This document shows, piece after piece, positions 1 to 12,263 of a stretch of 64,000 nucleotides of DNA; the stretch's first letter is position 1; the number at the start of each line of letters is the position of its first letter. Origin of the DNA: Protoeuglena noctilucae (taxonomy: Eukaryota). The notes below the pieces were generated by a model. It ran no database searches. It was not told the DNA's origin and saw only the letters and a program-made list of their open reading frames with translations. Made by a program: the position numbers and the translations under genes. The stretch spans positions 1,116,001 through 1,180,000 of the forward strand of contig OY253673.1 of the NCBI GenBank assembly GCA_958009085.1, written 5' to 3'.

Positions 1-788
1 CGACATCATCCAGCTGCCGGGTCTTGTCAACGTAGACTTTGCCGACGTCAAGACCATCATGACCAACGCCGGCACGGCGCTCATGGGGCAGGGGGTCGCG
101 TCGGGGAAGGGACGGGCCGCGGAGGCTGCGAGGGCGGCGCTCAGGTGAGCGCTTGCGACACGAGCGCATGTGTGCGCATGTGTTATACCAACGCCAGCGT
201 GACACGTGCTGCCACCCTGGCCTGTGATCTTATCACCACCCGCGCTTGCCCCCGCAGCTCGCCGCTGCTGGACGTGGACATCGGCACGGCCACGGGCATC
301 GTGTGGAACATCACGGGGCCCAGGGACATGACCCTGTTCGAGGTACGCGGTTGGGCTGCATGCTGAGATGGGTAGCGATAGATACTAGATAGGGGTAGCA
401 CATGGGATAGAAATAGCACATTCCCTTGCCTCGCGTCACACTCGCTTCACGACCCTCTCTCTGCCCCAGCACGTAGTATCACGCCTGCCCGCCCCACCCT
501 CGCCCGCACCCTCGCCCGCAGGTGAACAGCGCCGCCGAGGTCATCTACTCGGCAGTCTCCCCTGACACCAACATCATCTTCGGCGCTGGCGAGGACAACA
601 CCTCGGGCACCGTGACGGTCACCCTCATAGCCACGGGCATTCGGCCCGACACGCCCATCACGGCCGCCCCGACCGCGTCGATGGCCCGGCCCATGGGCGC
701 CCAGCCCAGCCAGCCGCCGCCGGCCTCCGCCCCTCCCAGGCAGCAGGGCGGGGGCATCCAGGTGCCCCGTTTCCTGCGCAGGAACTGA
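1..788 (+). CDS. ftsZ2: Plastid division GTPase FtsZ2, 3' part (gene starts upstream of the window; 3 exons)
   Basis: Spliced translation [21 protein letters not shown] / [26 protein letters not shown] / [22 protein letters not shown]-terminal [10 protein letters not shown] resembles the FtsZ2 core motif. Stop TGA at 786-788. Confidence 0.93.
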
Positions 789-1354
789 CACAGAGACTGA
801 CAGAGAAACTGACAGCCTGACTGTGTCTGTGCATGGGCGACCTGATGACATCTTTGCCTGATATCTCAGCCAGGCTCACCGGGCTAGGCCCCGGGGGAGT
901 AGTCTGACCAGAGATCGGCCGTTCAGTAAGAGCCTTGCAGATCTTTGTTTGAAAGTTCAAGACGCGTGGAGTGCTGGCAAGCGACACAGCACGTGAAAAC
1001 TATAATTATCCCAGCCATTGCACAACTGTAGATAACGGTCACGGGCACAGCGCACGTCACGCAGCCAAGGCATTCGGGAATCTACGAACACGTGTTGGTC
1101 GCGTGGGCATCCACACAGGCATGACTATGCTAGCCGCTCCAGTCACGAGCACAATCATGACACGCCACATCTACAGCCACCTTCTTGGCTCACGCTGCCC
1201 ATATCACAGTCACTGCAACGTGCTCCCCACGCTGCCCTGTAATATCCACCCCTGCACATCTGCGCACCATTCTTAAGGCCTTTCCGCCCACCAGCAGTCC
1301 CCCAATGGCCATGGACAGCGATGTTGTGGTGGACCATCGCTACCATTGCCATCG

Positions 1355-4225
1355 TCACACGTTCGCCTCCGCAGCCGCGTTGGCTGGCTTGACAGGGAAG
1401 CCCCCCTCGTGCTCCAGCGGCCTTGGGTGCACGTGGGTCAGCAGCCACTCAGGCGTGTACTGGGCGCTGGGTCCCATCAGGTCCTCCGGCCACTGCGTAT
1501 CCTTCATGAACCGTTCCATGAACCAGAGCGACGTGGTCCACTCGTCGTGGCCAGTCGCGACCTGAGCCCCGGTCTCGGGCTTGGGCCGCTTGGCGCACCA
1601 AGCGCGTATGGCGCGTGCCTCCAGCCACTCTGACAGGACGTAGAGCACGATCGCGATGCCCCAGGCGACGGCCTCCGACACGATGACGCCCTGGAAGTAG
1701 GACTTGGCAAAGAGGGCCTTGTCGTGCGCGTTGGGGTGCGTGGAGGTGATGACGACCGAGGTGTAGATGACAGAGACGAGGAGGATGACGAAGAGGGAGG
1801 TGAAGAGGAAGCCCTTGCTGGCGCACTCGCCGCACCGCTCCACGTCGAAACCCTCGCTTGTGCAGCAGCACTCCCCACAGCACTTGCTGCACCTGAGATG
1901 GCGGGGCGGGGGTCGTGCGAGGTCAGGCGGGTGCGCGTGTAAGTTGGAGAAACGGACCGGGGTGGATGCGCAGAGGTGGGCGTGGCAGCGGGGATGAGGG
2001 TGGGGGTGGGGGTGAGAGTGGGTCAGCAGGCAGTGCGCATTTACTCACGAGCAGCAGGCGCCGCACGCGCCGCAGGCCATCCCGCATCCCTTGCAGGCCT
2101 TGGGCCGGCCGACATGGAAGGTGCTTCGTGCGACACGCGTCTGGACGAACACAATCGCAAACGTCACGAGGCTGCGGGGGCGGAGGGGCATAGCACGAGT
2201 GACACAATGGCACGGGGTGGTACCAAGGGACGCTGCATGACTTGCTTACAAGGTAAAAGCAAGTCATAGGTCTCCTTGCGGTGACGACACTCTCGGCACA
2301 TCGCAGGTGACGACTCGTCGCTCACCCGTAGACGGGGGCTTTGCTCTGCTCGTGGTAGGCTGCCTGGACGGTGGCAAACAAAAACGATAGGGCGAGTCTC
2401 TCAACGATGAGGATGAAGCGCTCGTTGCGCGACAGAGGGTGGAACCTGCGCGTGTGACGTGGGGCTCGTGACATGGGAGTGACATGGGGTGCCATGCTTT
2501 CAGGGTTAAGCATGGCACGAAGCGCGACATGCACTGCTGCTGCTGCTGCCGCGATGCCCTGGCCAAAACAGATGCTCTTGCTGCGCCAGACAGCTGTCGC
2601 CATGCCCACCTGATGGCGAAGCGGATGCTGACGAAGCTCGCCGCCTGGGAGTTGCACACCGCCAGCCACATGTTGAGCAGGTAGGCGTACTTCCCGTGCG
2701 AGGTCCAGCACATGCGCTTCTGCGGGTGGCGGGCCCAGCACGGGCGGCTTGCAACTGCGCATATCGCTATCGTCACCAGCACAGGGCACGTGTCACAAAC
2801 TCCATAGACCCCAACCAACCAAGGCTTGGTTCAGCAGCCTCGCAGCAGCGTGCATGCAACGTTAACGCGTGCCTGCGCGGGACGTCTCTCACCTGGGAGC
2901 AGCAGTAGTAAACGAAGCGCGTGGCGAGTTCCGTCCAGTACGGCTTGGGGCGCCCCTCGTGCTTGTCGTAGGCGTACCCGCACAGCGCCATGTGGTTGAC
3001 GAAGCGGTCGGTGAACACCGAGTCAGGGAGCTGGTTCAAACCCAAGAGTTCCTCGTGGTTGGGAATCAGGATGCGGCCCTGAGGACGGCCGGCTGCGGGT
3101 GACGGCCGCACGGCGTGGGTGGGGAGCAGCAAGCGCATGAGGTGTGCATGAGCTGTACATGGGATGGAGTCACGTCGCACGGCGTGGCGCCAAGGTTAGA
3201 CAGTGCGCTCCCAACGGTGCGAGCTCCGTCGGGCCTGGGCTCACCTTCGTCGAATCGCCGCATCGCCATGAGCGTGGGGTTGTAACGCCGCCGGGGCAGC
3301 AGCAGCTGCCACCCTGGGATGGTCCAGCCTCGGTCAAACTCCAGAGGGTCTATGAACCACACAGCCATGACTTCCGCTGCTGCTTCCACGCGACTGGGGA
3401 GAGCGGAAAGGGGTTGGCTCTGTTCCCTCGACTCTCACGGGCACTTTCCACGACGACAAATGAGGTGCACGCCTGGCAGGCCGATACCACGCCCCCGCCC
3501 CCGCCAGCCCCTTGCCCCCTGCAGCATCTCACCACAGGGTGTAGGCCACGGGGGCCATCACCAGGGTGGCGTAGGCGTAGGCGTATGCAAAGATCACGGC
3601 CCCGAACGCCGCCTTGTAGATCTGCCAGCTCAGGTTGCCGCCCCGCTCCCCCGCCCCGGCCTCAGGCGCCGTGCGGCGGTAATGACGGTCCCGCAGCTCC
3701 AGAATGAGGTGGGGGAAGAGAAACACGTAGAAGAAGGCGAGGGAGACGACCTTACAAGGGATGAATATCACGTACGTTGGGAGAATCACGAGGGCCGGGA
3801 CGAGGAGCCATCGCGCGGCCGCAAAGCACTTGGACGTCCCCCTGGGCTCGTACAGATCCACGTACCACGGCCGCCCGTCCTTGTTCTTCTCATGGCGCTG
3901 CGGCAGGTCGTTCTCATACTTCCACGCGAGCGTCCCTGCAACGCAAAAGGCGCAACAAACAGCGCGATGGAAGTTCGATGGAAGTTTGCTCATTCCCGCA
4001 CGGGGATCGCCAAAGGAAAGACGTTGTCGAGGTCAAGTAGATTTTAAAGCGGGATAAATGTCGCAAGCGAGTCGCGTTTTGCTCCGCACGCTGCGCAGGC
4101 GATCGCAAGGGTGTTTAGGCATGCGTGGCCACACCTGCGTCCACAACCGTCTCGACGCGATTCTCCGCCGTCCCCTTCATCTCCAACTGAGTTGGAGGCG
4201 CCTGCTGCGCCTGCACGCCGTCCAT
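1355..4225 (-). CDS. Unassigned multi-pass membrane protein with Cys-rich segment, paralog A (multi-exon)
   Basis: GT-AG exons join in frame: MDGVQAQQ..; DGRPWY..FPHLILELRDR..GAGERGGN; GWTIP; NSQAASFVSIRF; FHPLSRNER; CKGCGMACGACGACCSRCSKCCGECCC; ..WPEDLMG..NV*. Colinear with paralog B. Confidence 0.75.
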
Positions 4226-4497
4226 CCTTCACACCTCGCGCCTCACTGGGGCCCAGACATGTAGTGTGGAATCCGCAAGCCTTTTACAGGCGATGGTCCC
4301 ATGCCGGCGGGACTCGGCGCGAAGCAGTTTGCCTTCCACGAGGACGTCATGGGGATTCAAGGGCGACAACCTCAATACCCTACCCACCATGTCACTATCT
4401 GTCTGTCCAGCGCTATCCCGACACTTCCTGCCCGCTTCGGCCTGAAACACGATATATCACGAGATCACCATTCCTGTAGCAAACCAAAAGTGCCATC

Positions 4498-6910
4498 TCA
4501 CGCCTTGGACTCGTCGTCGAACACGTACGCCAAGTGTTGGGCGGCCTCCTCGGCCTGTGGGTGGAGCTTGGCGGTGAGATCCGCCGCAGTGTAGTCGGTC
4601 GGCTCGCCCATGAGGTCCTCGGGCCACGCCACGGCGTGCAGGAACTTCTCCATGTAGTACTGCGACGTCGTGTACTCGTCGGCCACCGCGCCCTCCAGCC
4701 CGGCGTCCTTGCAGTACCGCTCCACCCGGCGGCGCTCCGTGCGGCGCGCCACGAAGTGCAGCAGCGTGCCTGCGGTCGCATTGGCAGGCCACCTCGTTCC
4801 TGCTCCCGCACAGCTCCAAAGACTGTGGAGCGCAGGGTCGCTTGATAGAAACCCACTCGCCTGTGACCCACGCCATGCCCTCGGAGATGAGGACGCTGTT
4901 GATGAGCTTCTTGCCGAACTTCTCCTTGTCCGCGGTCGAGATGGCCGTGGCCGTGTTGCCGGTCATGACGACGCTCGCGACGATGATGCCGAGCGAGAGG
5001 AAGAGGATGAAGAAGAACCAGAGCACGACCTCGATCAGGACTTCGACGAACGTCTCCACGTCGAAGCCCTGGCTCGAGCAGCACTTCTTGCAGCTGCGTG
5101 CGCGGGCGCGACCGGCCGTCGTGCGCGCGTGCGGGCACCGGCACCGCTCGCGCTCCCATCTGGGCTCGCCGCGCTCACCAGCACTGCCCGATGAGGCCGC
5201 AGCAGCAGCCGCAGCCCTTGCACTGCTTGGCCACGCCGTTGTGGCAGGTGGCGCGCGCGATTTGCGTCTGTGAGAAGATCACGACGAACGATATGATACT
5301 GCGGGAGGAGGGGTCGAGCGGGCACGTCAGGTGAGCGGCAGCAACGCAGTGGCGGCCACGTCGATGTCGGAGCCCAGCCTCCCACCCGTACACGGTGCTG
5401 AGGCCGTTGTTGTCGGGCTGGAGCACGAGCAGGGTAGTGAAGAAAAGGGAAAGCGCGATTCTTTCCAGGGATATCAACAATCGCTCGTTGCGGGTCAGCG
5501 GGTGGAACCTGGGATACAGGCGAGACGCAGACTCGATCGGAACGTGGCGTGTCAGCTCGCCACGTTCGCCATGCCAACAGCTGCGCGCCAGCACCCTGTC
5601 CAGGAGCTGCCTCAAGTGCCGCCTCACTTGTTGGCGAAGCGGACGCTGACGAAGCTCGCTGCCTGGGAGTTCGCGATGCCGAGCCACCAGTTGCGCCAGG
5701 CGGCGTAGCTCCCCGAGGTCCACATGGTCCGGTTCTTGCTGGCGCAGAAGGCCACGTAGCGGCACGCGAACTCGGTCCAATGGGGCTTGTCGCGCTTCTC
5801 CTCTCGGTCCAGCATGGCGCCCATGAGGATGAGGCGGTTGACGAGCCGGTCCATCACCCGCGTGTCCGTCAGCTGCGAGAGGCCCTGCAGCTCCTGGTGG
5901 GCCGTCAAGAGCACGTGGCTCAGCGGCCGGCCCCCTGCGCACCGGAGCAAGCGAGGGCGCATGTCAAGGGCACACGTCGCACGCGTAACGGTCGCACGGC
6001 GCCCGGAACAGCACGGCGCGGCTCCCTGCGCAGCATGTGGCGTCCCTCACGTTCGTCGAATCTCCGGATGGCCATCATGGCTGCATTCTTCCGCCTCGGG
6101 TTCAGCAGGAACTGCTCCGCAGGGATGGTCCACCCGTGGTCCCAGTCAAGGTGCTCCACAAATGCTACGGCAACGAGCCTGGAAGCTGCCTCGGGGCGGC
6201 TGCGGGGGACGAGCGGGGAGGTGTGGGAAGAGGCCTGGGGGTGTCATCCCCCAGGCCAGCAGGTGCCGGCGAACAAGGCTCACCACAGCAGGTGGGTGAC
6301 CGGTGCGGCGATGCCGATGATGAAGGCGTAGACGGGCGTGAACAGAAGGTAACCCGCGGCCATTTTGTATATCTGCCAGCCCACGTTGCCGCCCCTCTCC
6401 CCTGCGCCCGCCTCCACCTTGGTGTCGGTGCGGAGGCGGCGGTCCCGCAGCTCGAAAATCAGGTGGGGGAAGAAGATGATGTAGAAAACGAACAGTGCCA
6501 CTACCTTCCACACGACGTACTGCAAACAGAAGGGGAGCCGGGGGTCAGCGTGCTGGTTTGGTGGGTGACGCCGTACTGCAAAACAGAAGGAGCCAGGGGA
6601 GCTGGCTTGGTGGGTGCTGAAGCGTGGCGGTTGAAAAGCAAGATACACCGACATAAATTGACGTGCGATCGAGCGCTGGAGACCCGTTACATGTCGTGAC
6701 ATGTTCGGGCATGCTCACAATCATGTAGAAGGGTAGAATGACGAGGACGGGGCACAAGACCAGACGCAGCATGGCGGGGATGCAGGAACCGAGACCGCCG
6801 TAGTACTGCGTGTGGTACCAGGGCCGCCCGTCCGGTGTTTGGTCCGATATCGTCTCGACCATGGTGACGGCGAGCCCGCCGGCCCCGGCCGGAGCCTGCC
6901 GGGACGCCAT
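4498..6910 (-). CDS. Unassigned multi-pass membrane protein with Cys-rich segment, paralog B (multi-exon)
   Basis: Same motif order as paralog A: DGRPWY, FPHLIFELRDR..GAGERGGN, GWTIP, NSQAASFVSVRF, FHPLTRNER, CKGCGCCCG..CKKCC, GFDVE, WPEDLMG. Stop TGA at 4498-4500. Confidence 0.75.
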
Positions 6911-7142
6911 CGTCTCCGGGGGGAGTGCAGATTTAGTTCACGGAAGGAATCTAGTGCAGAAGAGCCAAGCTGCGCCGGCAAAGGCGCCGCCAAGCGGCAA
7001 CTAACTGGCGCATGACGCGCAGGAGACTGAGGAGTGGTTCCCAGGTCCAGCTGGACCGCGGTGTGCGCAACAGCGTCCAGAAAGCGCAGTGCATAGGATC
7101 TTCCGCGCCTGCCTTGTGTTGCGCAAGCGGGGACCGCACGCA

Positions 7143-8175
7143 ATGCCCGTTGCGCGTCTTGGGCGGCTGCTGGACGCTTGCAGGGTCCGAGACTGCGCCT
7201 CAGGGATCGGGGGCAGCGCCATTAGGTGGCTCAGGACCTCGCCGCTGAGCGTGTCGTACCGCTGGGTCTTCATCGACGCAGCAGGGACCCTGCTGGAGCC
7301 CGCGGAGGACGTGGCGGACGTCTACCATCGCCTCGCGATCAAGCACGGCCTGCAATGCTCGAAGGCGGAGGTCCTCGCGAGGTACCGGGTCGCTTACCAG
7401 CGCCCCTGGGCCGACACTATCCGCTTTCGGGGCGACGCGCGGGATTTCTGGGTGGGTCGCGTGCTCTCGCGGTCTCGGAGCCCGTATGCCATCAGCTGAT
7501 GGCGTTGATACAAATGGCGGCTCGATACCTGGCCCACTGCAGCGTGCGGTCGTGACGGATACGCTCGGCAAGGACCACGAGCGGTGCTTCGATGACATAT
7601 ACCAGTACTACGCGGAGCCTGAGTCGTGGAGGGTCCGCCCTGGCGCAAGGACGGCACTGCTGCGGTGAGTAGATTAGAGCCGACACGCTTCGCGGGAGGC
7701 TGGTGCTGGGAACGTGCTGCGGCTGTGCAGAGCATCGACCTCGTCGGTCCCCTTGCAGGCTCCGGGAGGCTGGCTTCGGCCTGTGCTGCGTGAGCAACTT
7801 CGACTCCCGGCTCCGCGACATCCTCTACGGCCTCGGCGTGGGGACCATCTTCCACCACGTGGTCGTGTCCGCGGACGTGGGCTTCGAGAAGCCGCACCCG
7901 GGGATCTTCGAGGCCGCCCTGGAGCGGTGCGGGGCGGCGCCTGCAGAAGTGCTCCATGTGGGCGACGACCGCAGGAATGACGTGTGGGTGAGAGTCGCAC
8001 GCCGGCATGCAATTCCGAATCCTCTGCGCTGCAGCCGCCCTGGGCTCACCGCGCGGCGATGTCTCGTGTCTCGCAGGGCGCGAGGGACGCCGGCATCCAC
8101 GCGTGGCAGTTCGGCAACGATGTGACGAGTTTCCAGGAGCTCGCGGACCTTCTGATTGCCCGCAAGCAGCCATGA
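7143..8175 (+). CDS. HAD-superfamily hydrolase subfamily IA, HDHD3-like, with possible organellar targeting peptide
   Basis: Motif I FIDAAGTLL, motif II VSNFDSRL, motif III/IV SADVGFEKPHPGIF..HVGDDRRNDVW-GARDAG. Four exons. Confidence 0.85.
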
Positions 8176-8279
8176 GATATCGGCAGCGGTGCTGTCCATG
8201 CACAACGTTCCGCTATATTCCATTTCATCCACTGCGCATCCCCGCGCCCCTGCCCACTTCTACTGTCAGTGCACGGCGC

Positions 8280-9651
8280 TCACAGTTCGTCGTGCCCCTC
8301 CAGCCCCGCGCTCGGCACCGCCCAGCAGCACTCGGTGTCGCACGCATGCATTCCCCTGACGGCCTCCAGAGCGATGGACCGTCGGCGCCGAGGGTGGCAG
8401 TTGCGCACAGCCAGCGCCTGCTCCCAGTGCCCCCTGCGCAGCACGCGCAGGCCCGTCGCTCAGATTTGAAGCAAACTAGAACGGGACACGGGCACCCCAA
8501 GCGACTTGACCCTCTCGCCAGGTGTGCCGGTACCTCCCATTCCCTCACAACCCCGCCCACTCGCCTCAGGGCCTCCACCATGTGCAGCGTCGCGTCCCGG
8601 TCCACGGGCCTGCCCCCATTGGCGACCTCGTTCTCGGCGCCCCCAGCCGCGATCTTGTACTCCCGGAAGTGCTTCACAAGCGCCTCGAGCGTACCAGGGA
8701 ACGCCTGCTGCACATCCGCCAGGCTGCCCAGCCCCGCGGCCCTCGGATCGCTCTCGCGGATCGAGACGATTTTCCAGTCCATCTCCCCCGAATCGATCAG
8801 AGGAATCGCGCCCAAGACCTTGACCGCGTATGCCTCACCCGCCTCCATCGGCAGGCCCGAGATCTCCACGATGTCCACCGGGTCGCCGTCCCCAATCACC
8901 TGCCGGAACCTCTCTCCCGGCGGATGCACCGGCACGGGCGCCTCCCAGGTCTGCGGCACCATGCCGTAGCTCCACGGCTGGGGAGCCACGAAGCGCGCCT
9001 GCCCGTCCTCCGACGTGTCCTGGGAGACGCCAAAGCGGGCGCGAAACGTAGCTTTCATGCAGTTGTTGCGAATGGAGCTGCCGCTGCGTGCGCGCGATGC
9101 CCTGGCGCGGCCTCGCTCTGGGCGATGCGAGCGTGGGTGCGGCCGCCACTGCAGTCGCTCGCCTGGAGCAAAGGGTTGCCGACGACATCCGGACGAATCT
9201 CCAGCTTGGCAGTAGCTCCCATCGGGATCTCGCAGATCATGTGGACGACGCCGTCGCTGAGCGGGCGGCCATCGGGGGTGAGAGGAGTGTCGTGCCACGG
9301 CGAATCGAACGCGCCAAGGCTCGTCGGGTCTGGGAGAGGCACGATGGCGAAACATAATCGTCTACAGCTGACGATAGGTGGCACAGCATCGGCCCTAGTG
9401 CACTATCTCGGCGCGATGTCGGTGTGAGAGTGCACACCTGTTGCCACCCGGTAGAGCGGCCCCAGGCAGTCGCTGGCCGAGTCATCTGGCAGGCTGAGTT
9501 CGTAGTCCCTTGCCGCACACTCCAGGCACGCGTCACAGTTCTTGTACCAAGTGCTCGTCGCCCCACCGGGGCGACCTGTGAGGAGGATGAAGATTGCCAC
9601 GAGCCAGGCGGACCAAAGCCGCCGTGCCCGTGCCCCTGAGAGCCATGACAT
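8280..9651 (-). CDS. Family I soluble inorganic pyrophosphatase with predicted signal peptide and C-terminal HDEL
   Basis: Exons 9651-9438, 9329-9163, 9019-8565, 8433-8280. Motifs SPWHD, CEIP..AKLE, NPLLQD, YGMVPQTWE, GDGDPVD, DSGEMDWK, FREYK. Ends GLEGHDEL*. Confidence 0.88.
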
Positions 9652-9832
9652 GTTGGCGTCGTCGTGGCCTGTGCCGATGGGCCCCACGGGCCTCGAGACG
9701 ACGCCAAAGACCCCATCTGGCAACGTGATGCCAGAGAAGTGAGCGCGGCAGCGGGCTACTTCTCCCATCTACGCCCCCTCGCTTGCTACTGATTCCCCAC
9801 GATCACCAGCGGCAGTCGATGTGACCTGGAGA

Positions 9833-12263
9833 ATGGCTCTCGCGACGCCAGGGCCACCTGCGGTGTGCACGTGCGGGTCCCTCAAGCAGGCGCGGCGATT
9901 TCAGCATGTTGGCTGGAAGGCATTGACTCGTTTGTCGGAGAGGGATGCTCGGAATGGCATTGGGGCCCGCGGGGGAACGTCGCGCGGGGGCCAGCACGCG
10001 CCTCGGCCCCGTGTGGCATGCGCCGCGGCCCAAACGAACGAGTTGTTTTACGACACGGCTGTGAGCACCAGAGACGATCTTCGGGAAGCAATCGCGGAAG
10101 CTGTAGGTGACGCGCCGGGTTCTGCCAGCCTCGGGAAGCTATGCGCAGAGAACGCCGCTTGCCACGCGCGGCCCGCCACTTGCCGCACGTCGCGGGCTTT
10201 GATTTGGATCAAGTGTCATAGTATCGACGCCGTGTTGGTCCGAGTCACCGTCGCACCGCTCTCAACAGTGCAGTTTGCGTTTCTTCCCACAGATCAGGTT
10301 TTGTCGCGTCGAGGGACCGCGGCGGCGCAGGCCGACACCGCGTTGGTGTTTGTATCGTCTCGCTTCGCCGGCCAGTACGAGCGGGTCGTTCCAATGCTGC
10401 TGGACTACGCCCCCCAGCTGCGCAACGTGGTGGGCTGCTCGGCATGGGGAGTCATTGGCACGGACGCGCGCAGCAACGCGCCGCGGGAGGTCGAGGTGCA
10501 GCCTGCCGTCTCCATCACGCTGATACGCTTCCGGGACGCACGCGCGGACGTCTTCTACGCCGCGGCGGACGCGGCTGCGCTCCCTGACGCCGATGCGCCG
10601 CAGCACGCCTGGGCCTCCGCCCTTGGGACCGACCCGGCGTCCCCTCCCACGTCCTTCATCGTCCTCGTGGATCCAGCTTTTCCGAACATCGAGGCGTTGC
10701 TCAAGGGCCTCGACTTCGCTTTCCCGACGGCCCCGGTCATCGGCGGCCTCAGCAGCGCCTCCACGCCCGCCGAGACGCGCTCGCTGGTGCGTGTGCGCGC
10801 CGACTGCCACTGGCACCTGTGGGAGCGAGGGCGGGGAGACAGCACACCGGCACCCGTGGCCTGTGGCATCCGCAGTTCTGCTGGCAGCGCCGGGGAACGT
10901 TCCCTACGGAGGAAGGGCCCTGCACGGGTGCCGTGTGGGACGAGTATCGTGCGGCCAAGCCGGTCGGGGCGGTGGGGCTGGTGCTGTCGGGGGAGGCGAT
11001 GGTCGACCCCATCGTCGCGCAGGGGTGCCGAGCGCTGGGAGAGGACACGCTGACCGTGATGGGTGAGAGTCGGGCAGCCCGTGTCAGCAACCTTGCGTGC
11101 GCCATGCAAGCGAGCCACGGCGCGAGTTGCGCTGCTACAGCGTTTCCCTGAACGTTTGCCCGATGATACATGCAGAGTCGGAACGAAACGTGGTGTCCCG
11201 AGTGGCAGACACGGAGGGGTTCGAGGCACCGCCGCTTGAGTTCCTCCATCGCGCGTTCCTGGGCCTGGAGGGCCGGGCCAAGGAGGAGGCTGCGGCCAAT
11301 CTGATGGTCGGGCTTTGCCGGGACGAATTCCGTCGCACAGAGGACCTCACGCCGGGGGACTTCCTGGTGAGGAATGGACGGGCGCGAGCCAGGCAGCACG
11401 GCAGGTGGTGTCGGGTGCAATGCGCGGTGTCATCGCGGAGACGCCCCGCGCTCGTCGCAGGTGCGGGGTCTCGTGGGTGGCAACCCGGTCGGATCGCTGG
11501 CGGTAGCGGACCTGGTGCCCCGTGGCACGCGCCTGAGGTTCGTTGTCCGTGACCGGTGAGCCATGCCGTGCCGAGCGCTCCGCTCGCTGCGCATCGCGCC
11601 GCCAGCCTACGCCATGCGTGCGCTGCGCATGCATCGACTCGCATCGACTCGCGGCACTGACCCGTTCCTATCCGCTCAGGGCTGGAGCGTTGGCGGACCT
11701 CGAGGAGCGGGGTCTCTCGTACAAGCGTAAAGAGTTGCAGGCGCTGGTGGAGGGCAAGCCGCGTCCCCCGGCGATGGGAGTCCTCGTCTTCACGTGCAGC
11801 GGACGCGGGCGGGGGCTGTTCGGGGATGCGGACGTGGACAGCCGGGCCATGGCGAGCTTCGTCGGGTGAGAGGATGGTGGTCCACTGCTCGCGTCTCTTG
11901 CTCACTGCACTGTGAGAGTCGGGCTGGGACGCAAGTGAGCTGCGGCTGAGACGCGTGGCCGGTGGCCTGCCACGCAGGGTGCCATGCAGCGGGTTCTTCG
12001 GGAACGGGGAGATTGGGCCCGTGGGGAACACCACGGCGCTGCTGGGGTTCACGTGCGCGGCGGGCGTGCTCCGGGCGGGGCGGACGGAGACAGGGAAAGG
12101 CGCGTCGACCACGTCAGCGGCGGAGGGGGAGCTGGCCAAGCGCATCGCGCAGCTGCGGGCCGAGGGGAAGCTCGGGGGCGCCGAGGGAAGCGAGGGCGGG
12201 GCGGGGGCGGGCCCCAGCGCGGAGGGGCCGGAAGATGGGGCGTCAGGGACCGGCGCAGCGTGA
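9833..12263 (+). CDS. FIST (FIST_N + FIST_C) domain protein, probably plastid-targeted
   Basis: VVGCSAWGVIG..EVE..AVS, GLDFAFP..VIGGLSS, VAQGCR, FVVRD, FTCSGRGRGLFG..D, GFFGNGEIGPVG..LLGFT. Ala/Arg/Ser-rich N-terminus. Confidence 0.88.

Noticed and set aside
786..825. Short repeated tgacag/actgac units after the ftsZ2 stop
   Set aside because: Degenerate 3' UTR microrepeat with no unique spacers; not CRISPR-like.
7270..7295. HAD motif I lacking the second Asp (DAAGT)
   Set aside because: Typical for HDHD3-like proteins, so not unusual.
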